From Pseudomonadales bacterium (GTDB lineage Bacteria; Pseudomonadota; Gammaproteobacteria; Pseudomonadales; UBA5518): DNA of 64,000 bases. The notes under the pieces were generated by a model. It was not told the origin of the DNA, did not search any database, and was given only the letters and a program-made list of their open reading frames with translations. Positions 37,265 through 47,031 of the stretch are shown here, piece after piece. The position numbers and the translations under genes are program-made. How positions within the stretch are numbered: the first letter of the stretch is position 1; each line of letters begins with the position of its first letter. The stretch lies in assembly GCA_024234165.1 (NCBI GenBank), contig JACKOP010000001.1:533707-597706 (forward strand), written 5' to 3'.

Positions 37265-37450
37265 CTGGGGGTATTTTCCGCTGGGGGGATTTTATACCCC
37301 CAATAATACCCCCAAATGAGGCGTGCTAGGCAGCTATAACGAGAGACCTCGCGATATAGCTTTGCTAAGTGTATCTACTTGTTTTATAACAAGAAATTTG
37401 TGAAATCTAACGGTTTTTATAAGCTTATCAAGGGCTTAAAAACAGTAAAA

Positions 37451-37527
37451 TGGCGGAGCGGACGGGACTCGAACCCGCGACCCCCGGCGTGACAGGCCGG
37501 TATTCTAACCGACTGAACTACCGCTCC
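37451..37527 (-). tRNA. tRNA-Asp (GUC)
   Basis: GGAGCGGTAGTTCAGTCGGTTAGAATACCGGCCTGTCACGCCGGGGGTCGCGGGTTCGAGTCCCGTCCGCTCCGCCA. Cloverleaf fits by hand and CCA is encoded. Confidence 0.95.
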
Positions 37528-37548
37528 GTGAATGCGTTCGTCTGCAGT

Positions 37549-37624
37549 TTGGTGGGTGGTGACGGGATCGAACCGCCGACCCCCTGCTTGTAAGGCAGGT
37601 GCTCTACCAGCTGAGCTAACCACC
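37549..37624 (-). tRNA. tRNA-Val (UAC)
   Basis: GGGTGGTTAGCTCAGCTGGTAGAGCACCTGCCTTACAAGCAGGGGGTCGGCGGTTCGATCCCGTCACCACCCACCA. Confidence 0.95.
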
Positions 37625-37640
37625 CCTGAGGCGAGACGCG

Positions 37641-37668
37641 CATTCTACAGATCCCACCCTTGATGTCA
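37641..37668 (-). promoter_or_regulatory. Sigma70-type promoter of the tRNA-Val/Asp operon
   Basis: On the minus strand: TTGACA, 16 nt, TAGAAT, then a GC-rich discriminator gcgcg. An A/T-rich stretch (ggaaattttctttt) lies upstream. The -10 ends 16 nt before the mature tRNA-Val 5' end. Confidence 0.6.
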
Positions 37669-38016
37669 AAAGAAAATTTCCTGCTGTGTGCCGATGATCC
37701 GATGCAGCTCCCGCACGCTGCAGGTCTTTCGCGAAACATGGCTGGCACAGCCATCTCGGGATGGTCAAGAGCATCGGTAACGCAACGCAGGTACGGTCTG
37801 TTATCAACATGCAACACGCACACCCTGATTCCTAAGGGATTGCACTGAATTCTTGCAAAATCATTTCATATTATTTCTGCAACGTTTTGTTATTACACAA
37901 TAAATTTGTTAGTTCGTAATTTGATCAATTACCACAAGTTCGCCATTTCCCCGGTATGGAGCGGCCGACAGACATATTGCTCACAGTTTTATCCACAGAA
38001 ACTGTGAACAACTTCG

Positions 38017-38730
38017 TCAGGAACGGCCCCGCTCGCCAGATACCGTGTTGTGCTCTTTGCACAGCCAAGCCTGCACGATCTGCGTGGACCAGTCTGGACC
38101 AGCTTGCATGACATACCCCTCGGCAAAGGCTTGCCCATGATCACTCAGCAGCCACGCCCCGTCTTCGCGATAGCGCAGCAGGTGCACCAGGTTGCGTCTG
38201 CGCCTGGGGCGCGACAACGGGCGGCTTGCGATCTTCATGTCGGCGATATCGATGAGCCCGAGTCGGCCGTCGTCGTCGAGCACGATGTTGCCAAGATGGA
38301 TGGAGCGGAAAAAGACCCCCAGATCGTGCAGCCGTGCAACGAAGCGACCAAGCCGGGTCCGCAATGCGGGCGTCTCACACTCGACTCGATTGCCCTGGAC
38401 GAGCTGCCGCAATGTGGCACCTGGCAACGGGTGGTAGTGGACCACATCGCGCCGAATGCCCGGAAAGCGATGAACGGCGATGATCTGCGGGCAGGGTATG
38501 CCCAACCGCTCCAGCGTGACGGCATGGTCTGCAAATCGTCGCGCGTATGGGTACCAGAGTGCGGAAGACAGCAGCCGCTTGCGTCGGAAAAGCTTCAGGT
38601 AGCTGCCATCGCGAAGTCGCAACACCTTTTCGCCGTGGCCATCGGCCTCGATGACTTCGGCATCACCCCGCAGCACGAAGTAGTCGTTGGCACTCATCAT
38701 TCGCACCCTTCGAAAAAGCCAGCGCTTCAC
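38017..38730 (-). CDS. Lipopolysaccharide kinase (Kdo/WaaP) family protein
   Basis: 237 aa. HLGNIVLDDDGRLGLIDIAD catalytic segment. The start overlaps the waaP stop. Confidence 0.75.
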   Translation of the reverse strand: MKRWLFRRVRMMSANDYFVLRGDAEVIEADGHGEKVLRLRDGSYLKLFRRKRLLSSALWYPYARRFADHAVTLERLGIPCPQIIAVHRFPGIRRDVVHYHPLPGATLRQLVQGNRVECETPALRTRLGRFVARLHDLGVFFRSIHLGNIVLDDDGRLGLIDIADMKIASRPLSRPRRRRNLVHLLRYREDGAWLLSDHGQAFAEGYVMQAGPDWSTQIVQAWLCKEHNTVSGERGRS

Positions 38731-39557
38731 CGCACGTCTCGTGCTTGCTGTCGCGGTGCGTACTTGCGCAGGTAGCGCCTCTCGAGCCGCCTGGCCTCGG
38801 CTCCAAGTCTGTCCAGCACTACCCGCTCCGCCTCCAGGGTGGTACGCAATGGCCCCGGAAAGTACTCACGCACGAAACGCAGCAGGTCACGCCGCGTCAG
38901 GCCGATGTCGAGTGCCGAGAAATACAATGCAGCCAGATCCTTGTCGCGCCAGCGGCGCGGCGTGTGTTCGCGCACCTGACTGCGGTGCAGATCGATCAGC
39001 GACACGCGCAGCGCGGTGGACGACGGCGCCGGATCGAGATGCAGCAGAAAATGGCACAGATAGAAGTCGCGATGATTCATCCCGCCTTCGTGCATGTGCC
39101 GCGCGATGCCTGCCACCTGCCGGATCAGCGCGCGCTTCAGCGCAGGCTGCGGTGGTTGCTGCAACCAGTTGCGACAGTAGTCCTCCAGACTGATCGTAGG
39201 GACCAGTTCATCCGTGACGATGAAGGAGTGCCGACGTGCCGGATTGCATCCACGTTCACCGTACGCCGCGACACGCAGCGTCGCGACACCAAGCTGCTCC
39301 AGCCGTGCAATGGCTTTCCACTCATTGGCTGCACCGAGTACCGGCAGGCGGCCTGACAGCAGATTCTTCCATATTTCACGCCAGCCGATTCCGTGGTGAA
39401 TCTTCACGAAATAGGCACGCCCCTCGACTACCGTGCGTAACGTGCGGCGACCTTCCAGTTCGCGGAAAATCTCGCCATGCAGCGCATCCACTGCCTCGAA
39501 GGCATCACAGCCCTGCCATAGGCTGCGAAAAGGCTCCTTCAGCACCAGCACACTCAT
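38727..39557 (-). CDS. waaP: LPS core heptose(I) kinase
   Basis: RAYFVKIHHG, NEWKAIARLEQLGV and HRDFYLCHFLL motifs. ATGA overlap with waaG. Confidence 0.8.
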   Translation of the reverse strand: MSVLVLKEPFRSLWQGCDAFEAVDALHGEIFRELEGRRTLRTVVEGRAYFVKIHHGIGWREIWKNLLSGRLPVLGAANEWKAIARLEQLGVATLRVAAYGERGCNPARRHSFIVTDELVPTISLEDYCRNWLQQPPQPALKRALIRQVAGIARHMHEGGMNHRDFYLCHFLLHLDPAPSSTALRVSLIDLHRSQVREHTPRRWRDKDLAALYFSALDIGLTRRDLLRFVREYFPGPLRTTLEAERVVLDRLGAEARRLERRYLRKYAPRQQARDVR

Positions 39558-40693
39558 GCCGGCCGATCCCTCGTGCCGAACCTCAAGATCAGATCTGCAG
39601 CGCGCTCGGGCAAACTGTACAGATCTGCCCGGGCGGCGAAAGTGAGGCCGTTGAACTGCCAGCACCGGCGGGCATCTGCATCACCCAGCATCTCCGCCAA
39701 GGCCTGGTCAAGGTGTGCCTGCACGAAAGGTTCGGGCAGCACACGGCCGGCGTCGGCATCTTCGATGTAATGGGCATAGCCGCAAACGGCCGTCGTCAAC
39801 ACCGGCAGTCCGGCCACCAGGGCTTCGAGCAGCACGGTGCCGGTGTTCTCGTTGTAGGCAGGGTGGGCAAGAAGATCGGCTCCCAGCAGGAACCGCGGTA
39901 TATCGCTGCGTCCTTCAAGAAAGAGAACCTGTTCGCCAATGCCCAGCTTTGCCGTCTGGCGCCTGAACGGCCTCGTCTGGTCCTGGCCGATCACGATCAA
40001 TCGGGTGCGGCTGCGCAACGGCGGCGACAACGCCGCGAGTGCTTTCAGTGTACGGTCGAGGCCCTTGGTCCGGAAGCCGGAGCCGATCTGCACCAGCAGC
40101 AGATCATCGTCACTTGCGCCGAATTCGGCGCGAAACGCAGCACGCACGGCGACAGCATCGCTCGGCCGGCGCCGATCGGCGTCGATTCCGGGAGGAAGCA
40201 GGTGGAATCGGCTCTCCGGCGTGCCGTAGTACTTCACGAACAACGGTTGTTGCACGCCGGAAATCATCAGGATTTCGGTATGGCTCTGCGCGCCGAACAC
40301 CGCGTGCTCGTACGCGGCAAAGTGGCGATAGCGGCCACCAAGCCGGTACAGCGGATTGCGCAACGTACGCGCCTTCGCCTCGAAGCAGGGATCGGCTGCA
40401 TAGTACACGCCCAGGCCTGGCATCTTGTTGAAGCCGACAACACAGTCTGCCGGTCGGCACCCGAGGTCAGCCTGCACCCAGGCGGTGTACTTCCGGTAGC
40501 GCCGATGATTCAGCCACGCGCGCATCGGCACCTGCACCACTTCGAAGCCTGGCGGTATTTCGCCTTGCCATTCGCCCACATAGACCCGGATCGCATGGCC
40601 ACGTACCTGACACGCCAACGCGATACGCAGGAAGTCGCGCTGCATGCCACCGAACGGGAAAAACTTATAAAGACAAAACGCGATTTGCATCAA
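39554..40693 (-). CDS. waaG: LPS core glucosyltransferase I (GT4)
   Basis: MQIAFCLYKFFPFGGMQRDFLRIA N-terminus and the E-x7-E region NTGTVLLEALVAGLPVL. Confidence 0.8.
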   Translation of the reverse strand: MMQIAFCLYKFFPFGGMQRDFLRIALACQVRGHAIRVYVGEWQGEIPPGFEVVQVPMRAWLNHRRYRKYTAWVQADLGCRPADCVVGFNKMPGLGVYYAADPCFEAKARTLRNPLYRLGGRYRHFAAYEHAVFGAQSHTEILMISGVQQPLFVKYYGTPESRFHLLPPGIDADRRRPSDAVAVRAAFRAEFGASDDDLLLVQIGSGFRTKGLDRTLKALAALSPPLRSRTRLIVIGQDQTRPFRRQTAKLGIGEQVLFLEGRSDIPRFLLGADLLAHPAYNENTGTVLLEALVAGLPVLTTAVCGYAHYIEDADAGRVLPEPFVQAHLDQALAEMLGDADARRCWQFNGLTFAARADLYSLPERAADLILRFGTRDRPA

Positions 40694-40725
40694 AGGTATT
40701 CGGCAGAACGAGCCTCGGCAGTGAC

Positions 40726-42012
40726 TCAGAACCGGGCATCGAGGTCGATCTGCAACGCATCGATATCGGCCCCCCGAAGCCCGCGACTGCTCGCAGCGTC
40801 CGATTCTGCCATGAACCAGGTGGCTCCGATCGTGAAATTCTCGAGGATCCCGTAACTCAGCTTCAATTTGTGACCGCTGGAGTTGGTGTAACCGGCTGCG
40901 AAATCGGATTCGGTCAAACCACCGACGACCGCGTTTGCCTCCACGTCACGGTAGCTGTAGTCAAGCGCAAGACGCTCGATGCTGCTACGCAGTCCGATCA
41001 GGTAGGCTGCGTCCTGATCACCATCGAGCGCAGCGCCGAAGTCACGAGCATCGCGATTGCGTACGTATTGGGCGTAAACCGACAACGGCAATGGCAACCC
41101 GGTCACATCGGCCTGCATGAACAATTCGTTCAGGCCGAAGCGGTCGGTGGAGTTGCCATTGGCACGAAACGCGCTCGTAGAACCAAACTGTTCGTTGTCG
41201 AATCCGAACAGGCTGCCACCGAGCGTCAGGTGCACGCGCTTGCCAACATCGAATCCAGAGCCGATCTGCAGGTGGTAGAGGGACAGGTCATTCCTGAATT
41301 CAAAGCCGTCACCATCCACACCATCGTTCATCGTGTAATAGCCGACGCTGCCGAACAATGTGACCGTACCGCTCTTCCTCGTGTACGCAAACGCCAGACC
41401 CTCGGGATTGATATCGGCATCCCACGCCACCTCGGCGACTGCCATCCACGGCTGCTTCATCTTGCCTGCAGAAATCCTCAGTCCGGGAACCGCCGTCGGC
41501 GTGTAATCGATATACGCGAGATCGAGCCACGCTGCCTTCTTGTCGAAATAGTTGTCCATATCCTGCATGAGCGAACGACGATCCGGACCGCTGCCACTGG
41601 CAATCCGTATCCCGGTTGCAACCTCGGGGTTGATCTTCGTGAACGCACCGAGCCGCGCACGCAGCCGCTGCCGATCCTTGTTGCGGCTGCCGGTGAAATC
41701 GGGCTCACCCCGGATATCGATCGACTCGTGCCTTACCCGCACATCGCCACGCAGTACGGTGTTTTCGACCCACCCTGCGGCACTCCGGAACGCGACGAAA
41801 TCCTTCTTATCAGGAACTTCACTATTCGCCCGGGTCGCACCCCGGCTCTCGCGTGCCAGATCGCCCATCAGCTCCGCATGCTGTGCCCCGGTGATGGCAC
41901 CATTTGCCAACAGCATGTCGAGCAGCTTCTCGTCCACCATACCTGCGTTTGTCTGGGCGACGCACGCCAGCACAACACTACCCAGCAGAAACTGCTTTTT
42001 CACGAAACCCAT
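40726..42012 (-). CDS. Putative outer-membrane porin
   Basis: Signal peptide, alternating beta-strand pattern and a C-terminal ...QIDLDARF. ggagggg lies before the ATG at 42012. Confidence 0.6.
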   Translation of the reverse strand: MGFVKKQFLLGSVVLACVAQTNAGMVDEKLLDMLLANGAITGAQHAELMGDLARESRGATRANSEVPDKKDFVAFRSAAGWVENTVLRGDVRVRHESIDIRGEPDFTGSRNKDRQRLRARLGAFTKINPEVATGIRIASGSGPDRRSLMQDMDNYFDKKAAWLDLAYIDYTPTAVPGLRISAGKMKQPWMAVAEVAWDADINPEGLAFAYTRKSGTVTLFGSVGYYTMNDGVDGDGFEFRNDLSLYHLQIGSGFDVGKRVHLTLGGSLFGFDNEQFGSTSAFRANGNSTDRFGLNELFMQADVTGLPLPLSVYAQYVRNRDARDFGAALDGDQDAAYLIGLRSSIERLALDYSYRDVEANAVVGGLTESDFAAGYTNSSGHKLKLSYGILENFTIGATWFMAESDAASSRGLRGADIDALQIDLDARF

Positions 42013-42192
42013 CCCGTACCCCTCCGTTGTGACTTGCGAAAACGCGCCAGCCGGCACCGCAACACGAACCGCCGAACCATGCATGAGCAATCACCGTCGA
42101 TCACGGCAGAGCCACGATAAGCAAAGAATATGACGCCTTGACGACTGCGGTGTCCACGTCGTGAGCGGGAAATGCGTCCGTGCTGGCGCTCG

Positions 42193-43509
42193 TCAGACGG
42201 GCACGCAGGACAAATCGACGTTGCAGGATGCCGGATCGAGGCCGGCAACGATTTCCAACAGCTTGCCATCACCGTCGTGTGTCGTCACCGCCAGGTCGAG
42301 TGGTCGCGGATCCTGCAACTGCTTGCCGGTGCGATCGAGCAGTACCAGCAGTTGCGGACGCAGCCGGCGTGTACGGTAACCGGCGGTCGTGATTCCGACC
42401 TCACCATTGCTCAGCTCCACCAGCGTGCCCGCCGGGTAGGCGCCGATCGCCTGGATGAACTCTTCGATCAGATCTGCCTGAAAGTCCACGTCACGCCACG
42501 CGTAGAGCCGCTTTACCGCATTGCTCGGCGCCATTGCCTGCGCGTACGGACGCGGGCTGGTGATCGCATCGTAACAGTCGACGATCCCGGCGATCCGTCC
42601 GAAGATCGGTATGTCGCTCCCCCGCAACCCACGCGGATAGCCGTGGCCGCCATGGCGTTCGTGGTGGAACTCGACCATGTCGTTGATCGTGCGATTCAGA
42701 ATGCCGGTGTCACGCAGCATCTCGAGACCGAAGTCTACGTGCGACTTCAGCAACTGGAACTCACCTGCCGACAACGGCATCGGCTTGCACAGCAATTCGT
42801 CGGGAATCTTCAGCTTGCCAACATCGAACAGCAGCGCACCAATCGCCAACCTTTGCAGGTCGACCCGTGGCAGTCCCATATGGCGCCCGAACGCTACGGC
42901 CCACACGGCAGCCCCTACCGAATGTCCGGCGATATATCCCGCTTCGTCACGGTTGCGGGCCAGCCACACGCAGGCGTCCGGATTGCGAATCATGCTCTCG
43001 ACCAGCGGATTCACGGCATCGCGAATCCCGCTGACGTCGATCCGTGCGTTCCGGCCGTACTCTTCCATCATCTGCCGGTAGGCGAGCGCAACGTCTGCAT
43101 ACGCCGTGCGTGCAGGCGTCAGTTCCTGGGCGAAACCGCTGCTGTCCGTATACGCCTTGAGCTTGCGGTGCGGGAACAACTCTGCCGTGACACTCTCGCC
43201 ACGAGGACGGAACTTCACCGGTCCGGTCGCCGCGCTGCCAGCAGCCGATACCGGGCGCGAAGCGATCGACGGCCGCAGCACCGACGTCCCGACGACGCGA
43301 CTGCTGCGTGTCCGTCGATCGTTGCTGAGGCGGCTGCGCACCACGTCGACGTAGACGACGTCGCAATACTTTTCGAGCTCCTCGATATCGGTTTCGCTGC
43401 TGATATAGAAGCCTTCGACGAGAAACGGCGTCTCGATCCAGGGACGATCGAGAGCTGTCACGTACATACCGACTTCAAGGTCGGTCACAGCGGTGGGTAC
43501 GGCGTTCAT
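42193..43509 (-). CDS. HD-GYP domain c-di-GMP phosphodiesterase (DUF3391-type N-terminus)
   Basis: HSVGAAV...LLFDVGK...FHHERHGGHGYPRGL. Confidence 0.85.
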   Translation of the reverse strand: MNAVPTAVTDLEVGMYVTALDRPWIETPFLVEGFYISSETDIEELEKYCDVVYVDVVRSRLSNDRRTRSSRVVGTSVLRPSIASRPVSAAGSAATGPVKFRPRGESVTAELFPHRKLKAYTDSSGFAQELTPARTAYADVALAYRQMMEEYGRNARIDVSGIRDAVNPLVESMIRNPDACVWLARNRDEAGYIAGHSVGAAVWAVAFGRHMGLPRVDLQRLAIGALLFDVGKLKIPDELLCKPMPLSAGEFQLLKSHVDFGLEMLRDTGILNRTINDMVEFHHERHGGHGYPRGLRGSDIPIFGRIAGIVDCYDAITSPRPYAQAMAPSNAVKRLYAWRDVDFQADLIEEFIQAIGAYPAGTLVELSNGEVGITTAGYRTRRLRPQLLVLLDRTGKQLQDPRPLDLAVTTHDGDGKLLEIVAGLDPASCNVDLSCVPV

Positions 43510-43601
43510 ATCGAATATCGACTGAGTTGCTGCAGGCTTGAACCGGACCGTCCCAGACGCTCCGCTGTCTGGCCGACCGACTGGAAAATCCGCGTCATAG
43601 T

Positions 43602-44645
43602 CTAATCCACGCCAGCAGCGCGCGCACCGTCACGGCGCTTGCCGCGGCGATTCTGGCGTTCCTCGAGCAGTTCCAGTCGTAACGTCAACATCCACACCGA
43701 GCCACGCGCCTCCTCGATGCTGTCGCGGCGCCAGACATGTGCCGGCTCCACTTCCACGAAGATCCATGGCCGTGCCACGTTGCGTCGATAACGCACACCG
43801 ACACCATAACCCGTCGTGAACTGATCCGGGTCCGTCTGCCCCGACACCGAAGCAAAGTAACTCAGGGCCTGCCGGGAATCGATACGGATCTGGTAGCTGA
43901 GAAGAGATCCCCATTCGGCGCCAGCGGTCTCTTCCCCATAGTCGACCTGGTTGGTCCACCGCACCATGCGATCAGTGCCGATCAGATAATCCAGGTCGAC
44001 CCGACTCAGAGCTCCGAAGCCGTCGTCCTGCTTGTAATAGAGTTTCTCGCCAAACTGCACCCGCCAATCGTCGCCGAATGTCCGCAGGTACTTGTAACGC
44101 AGGCTGGTACGCAGATCGAGCGAGCCATTGAGGCTCATCGAAGCCCAAAGCCGTGACGCACCACGATCGGACAGGCGCAACTGCAGCCCTACATCCTTGC
44201 CGCCGCTGCTTTCCGGAACGACCTCCTGGTACTCTTCGTTTTCTTCGGAAAATATCAGGCTCAGACGCTTGCTGAGTCGCGGCAGGTCGACCTTGCCGCG
44301 CAGACGCAGATCGGTGTCGACGCCATGGTCTTCGTCGAGCACCGCCTCGCCACGCAAGCGCAATATCGTATCTGCCGACTCACGGTCCGAGGTCGGCGTG
44401 CCAAAGAACGAATCCAGCCAGACTGCGAGTGTGTCGCTGTGTGACGTCACGTACTCGTAGGACGTGTCCACCCAGCTTTGCTCAGCCGACGGACAGGGAT
44501 CGTGTCCGGCGGTGCAGTCCGCATCGGGCGCCGCCGTTACCGTCAGACTGCAGAACCACAACAGGCACGGCAGCAGCATCCCGTATGGAACAACGCCAGA
44601 GCGCCGGGTTCCATCCGGCCTCGCTGGCAAACCCGGCCTGTTCAC
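43602..44645 (-). CDS. Hypothetical exported protein (possible outer-membrane beta-barrel)
   Basis: Signal-like N-terminus and repeated amphipathic strand pattern. I recognise no family. Confidence 0.5.
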   Translation of the reverse strand: MNRPGLPARPDGTRRSGVVPYGMLLPCLLWFCSLTVTAAPDADCTAGHDPCPSAEQSWVDTSYEYVTSHSDTLAVWLDSFFGTPTSDRESADTILRLRGEAVLDEDHGVDTDLRLRGKVDLPRLSKRLSLIFSEENEEYQEVVPESSGGKDVGLQLRLSDRGASRLWASMSLNGSLDLRTSLRYKYLRTFGDDWRVQFGEKLYYKQDDGFGALSRVDLDYLIGTDRMVRWTNQVDYGEETAGAEWGSLLSYQIRIDSRQALSYFASVSGQTDPDQFTTGYGVGVRYRRNVARPWIFVEVEPAHVWRRDSIEEARGSVWMLTLRLELLEERQNRRGKRRDGARAAGVD

Positions 44646-44650
44646 TGCAC

Positions 44651-45625
44651 TCAGGCGCCGCCGGGTGCCGCGTAAAATCCGCAGAACACGTCGATGAACC
44701 GCGCCAGATCCTCCGGCGGCAAGCGGTTGATGCCAGCGGCTGCCTTGCGCCCACCGCCGGTCGCAAACTGCCGGCAGATCTCATCGGCTCCGGTACGATT
44801 CGTCAACGGGGCCCGCACACTGACCAGCAGGTCCCCTCCGCCGATTTCCGTCAGGACCGCGTGTGCCCGCTCCGGATGCAGGTTCACCAGATCGTTGCTG
44901 TAGACCCCGCTGACACGTCGCGCCCACGGCTCGTCGGGCAGCAGGAAGACCGCAGCCTGCGAAGTCTGGTGCATCGGCGTCAGCGCAGCCGCAGCAGCCA
45001 TATCACCGCGATAGCCATCCTCCAGCCGTGCAAACGATTCATGGTCACCTTCGATGAACTGCAGCGGATTCGCGTATGGACGCAACCGCCGGAACAGCTC
45101 TTCCGGTGCGAAGTGCAGATCCTCGACTGCTGGTCCGTAACCGTTGTAGTTGATGTACGTACCCAGGCGCTCGGCTGCATCGAGGGCGGCACCATCGATT
45201 CCGATCTGCGCGGCGAGTGCGCGTGCGCTTGCCGCGAGGTTGTCTCCGAATGCGCCGACCACCGCCCACGCAGCCCACGCCCCGCCGAGATGTCCATTGA
45301 CCAGCAGGCTGGTACAGACCTCCGGCGCAGTATTGATGATCGCCTGCAACCCCGGGTGATCCGGCACATCCCCGGGGATGTGGTGATCGACGTAGAACAC
45401 CGTCGCCCCTGCGGCGAGCAGCCGGTCGAGGTCGGTCCGGTTTTTTTCCATCGCCACGTCCAGCACCGTGACCCGATCGCCATGTCCGGCGGAAACACGA
45501 CGCAGCAGGTCGATATCGCGTTTCACTCCCGTGACCAGTTCACTCTCACGCGGCACGGCAAGATGCAATTGCATCAGCGCGCAGATACCATCGGCGTCAC
45601 CATTGAATACATCCACATAGCGCAT
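44651..45625 (-). CDS. DHH-family phosphoesterase-like protein
   Basis: FNGDADGICA and FYVDHHIPGD motifs. Confidence 0.6.
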   Translation of the reverse strand: MRYVDVFNGDADGICALMQLHLAVPRESELVTGVKRDIDLLRRVSAGHGDRVTVLDVAMEKNRTDLDRLLAAGATVFYVDHHIPGDVPDHPGLQAIINTAPEVCTSLLVNGHLGGAWAAWAVVGAFGDNLAASARALAAQIGIDGAALDAAERLGTYINYNGYGPAVEDLHFAPEELFRRLRPYANPLQFIEGDHESFARLEDGYRGDMAAAAALTPMHQTSQAAVFLLPDEPWARRVSGVYSNDLVNLHPERAHAVLTEIGGGDLLVSVRAPLTNRTGADEICRQFATGGGRKAAAGINRLPPEDLARFIDVFCGFYAAPGGA

Positions 45626-45768
45626 TTTTGCTTTCCTTTATTGGTATCAGCGATCCTTGGGCAATCGTACTGTATTCCCGGATTCCGGGAACAGGGCGAA
45701 GACAAAGGCCTGCAGCATCGTCCCGGCATCTTATGCTTGCACTCACGGCCTGCAAACACGCTCAGGCA

Positions 45769-45800
45769 AGCATAGCCTGCATCCAGCATAGCCTGCATCC
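45769..45800. repeat. 16-bp tandem duplication AGCATAGCCTGCATCC x2
   Basis: Exact tandem copies. Further GCATCC/GGATGC copies lie at about 45815 and 45827. Confidence 0.9.
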
Positions 45801-45871
45801 GATCCCTGCACGATGCATCCGGCTGCAGGATGGATGATGCGCGGTGGTATTCGAGCGGAGAATGGGGGAAC

Positions 45872-45889
45872 GGGCGCCCTGCGGCGCCC
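45872..45889 (-). terminator. GC-rich hairpin downstream of comEA
   Basis: gggcgcc ctgc ggcgccc. No U-tract follows, so the call is weak. Confidence 0.25.
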
Positions 45890-45911
45890 GTGGTTGGCGT
45901 TTACCGATCTC

Positions 45912-46223
45912 TCAAAGCGATACCTGCGGGCGCAGTTGCTCCAGCATCTTCTCACCGATTCCCTTCACATTGATCAGCTCGTCCACCGACTTGAACGGTC
46001 CATGCTGATCACGATACGCAACGATCGCCTCTGCCTTCTTGACCCCCACTCCGTTCAACGCACTTGCGAGCGTGGATGCATCGGCGGTGTTGATATTGAC
46101 GCGCTGCGCGGCCTGCTGCACGGGTGCAGCAACTCTGGATGGTTCGGCCGCAACATGCGCGAGTGGAAGCGTGAGCAGCGACAGTCCGAACACCGCTGCC
46201 TTGAGAACGTCTGCGAGTTTCAT
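45912..46223 (-). CDS. comEA: ComEA-like helix-hairpin-helix DNA-binding protein
   Basis: Signal peptide plus VNINTADASTLASALNGVGVKKAEAIVAYRDQHGPFKSVDEL. aaggagg lies before the ATG. Confidence 0.85.
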   Translation of the reverse strand: MKLADVLKAAVFGLSLLTLPLAHVAAEPSRVAAPVQQAAQRVNINTADASTLASALNGVGVKKAEAIVAYRDQHGPFKSVDELINVKGIGEKMLEQLRPQVSL

Positions 46224-46296
46224 GGAAATCCTCCTTGATACATTCGTCCATGCACGGTGCATCCATTGCACCGTGGACATACGCTAGCAAGTGGAT

Positions 46297-47031
46297 TCAG
46301 CCAGGGCTGTACGAGATATCGGAGCCGATTTCGGTCAATGCCGCCAGCGGATCCACGGCCGCAGTAACCGGTCTGCCGATGACCAGATAGTCTGCACCCG
46401 CAGCAATTGCCTGTGCCGGCGTCAGCGTGCGCCGCTGGTCGTCTGCCGGCGCACGTGCAGGCCGAATCCCCGGCGTGACCAGCAGCGGCTGCGGCCCCAA
46501 CCGTTCACGCAGCATCGATGTCTCACGAGCGGAACAGACGACACCGTCCAGACCGCATTCGAGCGCAAGTCCTGCCAGTCGCAACACCTGCGCATCCACA
46601 CCGTCGCCGACACCGGTTTCGTTCAGCTCCGCAGCTTCCATGCTGGTGAGCACGGTTACCGCAATCAACAAAGGCCGCTGCTGCGTCGTGCCGAGCAGCA
46701 CCTCACGCGCAGCACTCATCATGCGGCGCCCGCCACTTGCGTGCACGTTCACCATCCAGACGCCAAGTTCCGCCGCAGCACGCACTGCACCGGCAACCGT
46801 GTTGGGTATGTCGTGGAATTTGAGATCAAGAAACACGTCGAAGCCGCGCGCCACCAGCGCGCGCACCGGCTCGGGGCCTTCGGCGGTGAACAGCTCCTTG
46901 CCGATCTTCAGTCGACACTGATGCGGATCCAGACGATCGGCCAGTGCCAGCGCCGGAGCTGCACGGGGAAAATCGAGCGCAACGATCAAGCGTGACCCGG
47001 ACCCCGCGATCGTGCTACCCGCGAGATTCAT
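46297..47031 (-). CDS. pyrF: Orotidine-5'-phosphate decarboxylase
   Basis: [19 protein letters not shown] and DYLVIGRP motifs. Confidence 0.9.
   Translation of the reverse strand: MNLAGSTIAGSGSRLIVALDFPRAAPALALADRLDPHQCRLKIGKELFTAEGPEPVRALVARGFDVFLDLKFHDIPNTVAGAVRAAAELGVWMVNVHASGGRRMMSAAREVLLGTTQQRPLLIAVTVLTSMEAAELNETGVGDGVDAQVLRLAGLALECGLDGVVCSARETSMLRERLGPQPLLVTPGIRPARAPADDQRRTLTPAQAIAAGADYLVIGRPVTAAVDPLAALTEIGSDISYSPG

Noticed and set aside
37417-37823. ORFs 37417-37623, 37518-37823 and 37616-37810
   Set aside because: They overlap the tRNA-Asp and tRNA-Val genes and their promoter. No coding signal is present.
37989-37997. Consensus DnaA box TTATCCACA inside a hairpin (37982-38006) in AT-rich DNA next to the tRNA genes
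   Set aside because: It is a single box with no cluster, no DUE-like repeats and no dnaA/dnaN context. It is more likely a chance match within a hairpin downstream of the LPS kinase gene.
39236-40855. Very long plus-strand ORFs (539 aa here; also 4521-5627, 42172-43605, 49289-51265, 54822-55952 and 17738-18922) lying opposite well-supported genes
   Set aside because: They are antisense shadow ORFs, typical of high-GC DNA. Their products are Arg/Pro/Ala-rich with no recognisable motifs, and the opposite strand encodes waaG, the PQQ dehydrogenase, HD-GYP, cmk/aroA, gyrA and the IS110 transposase.
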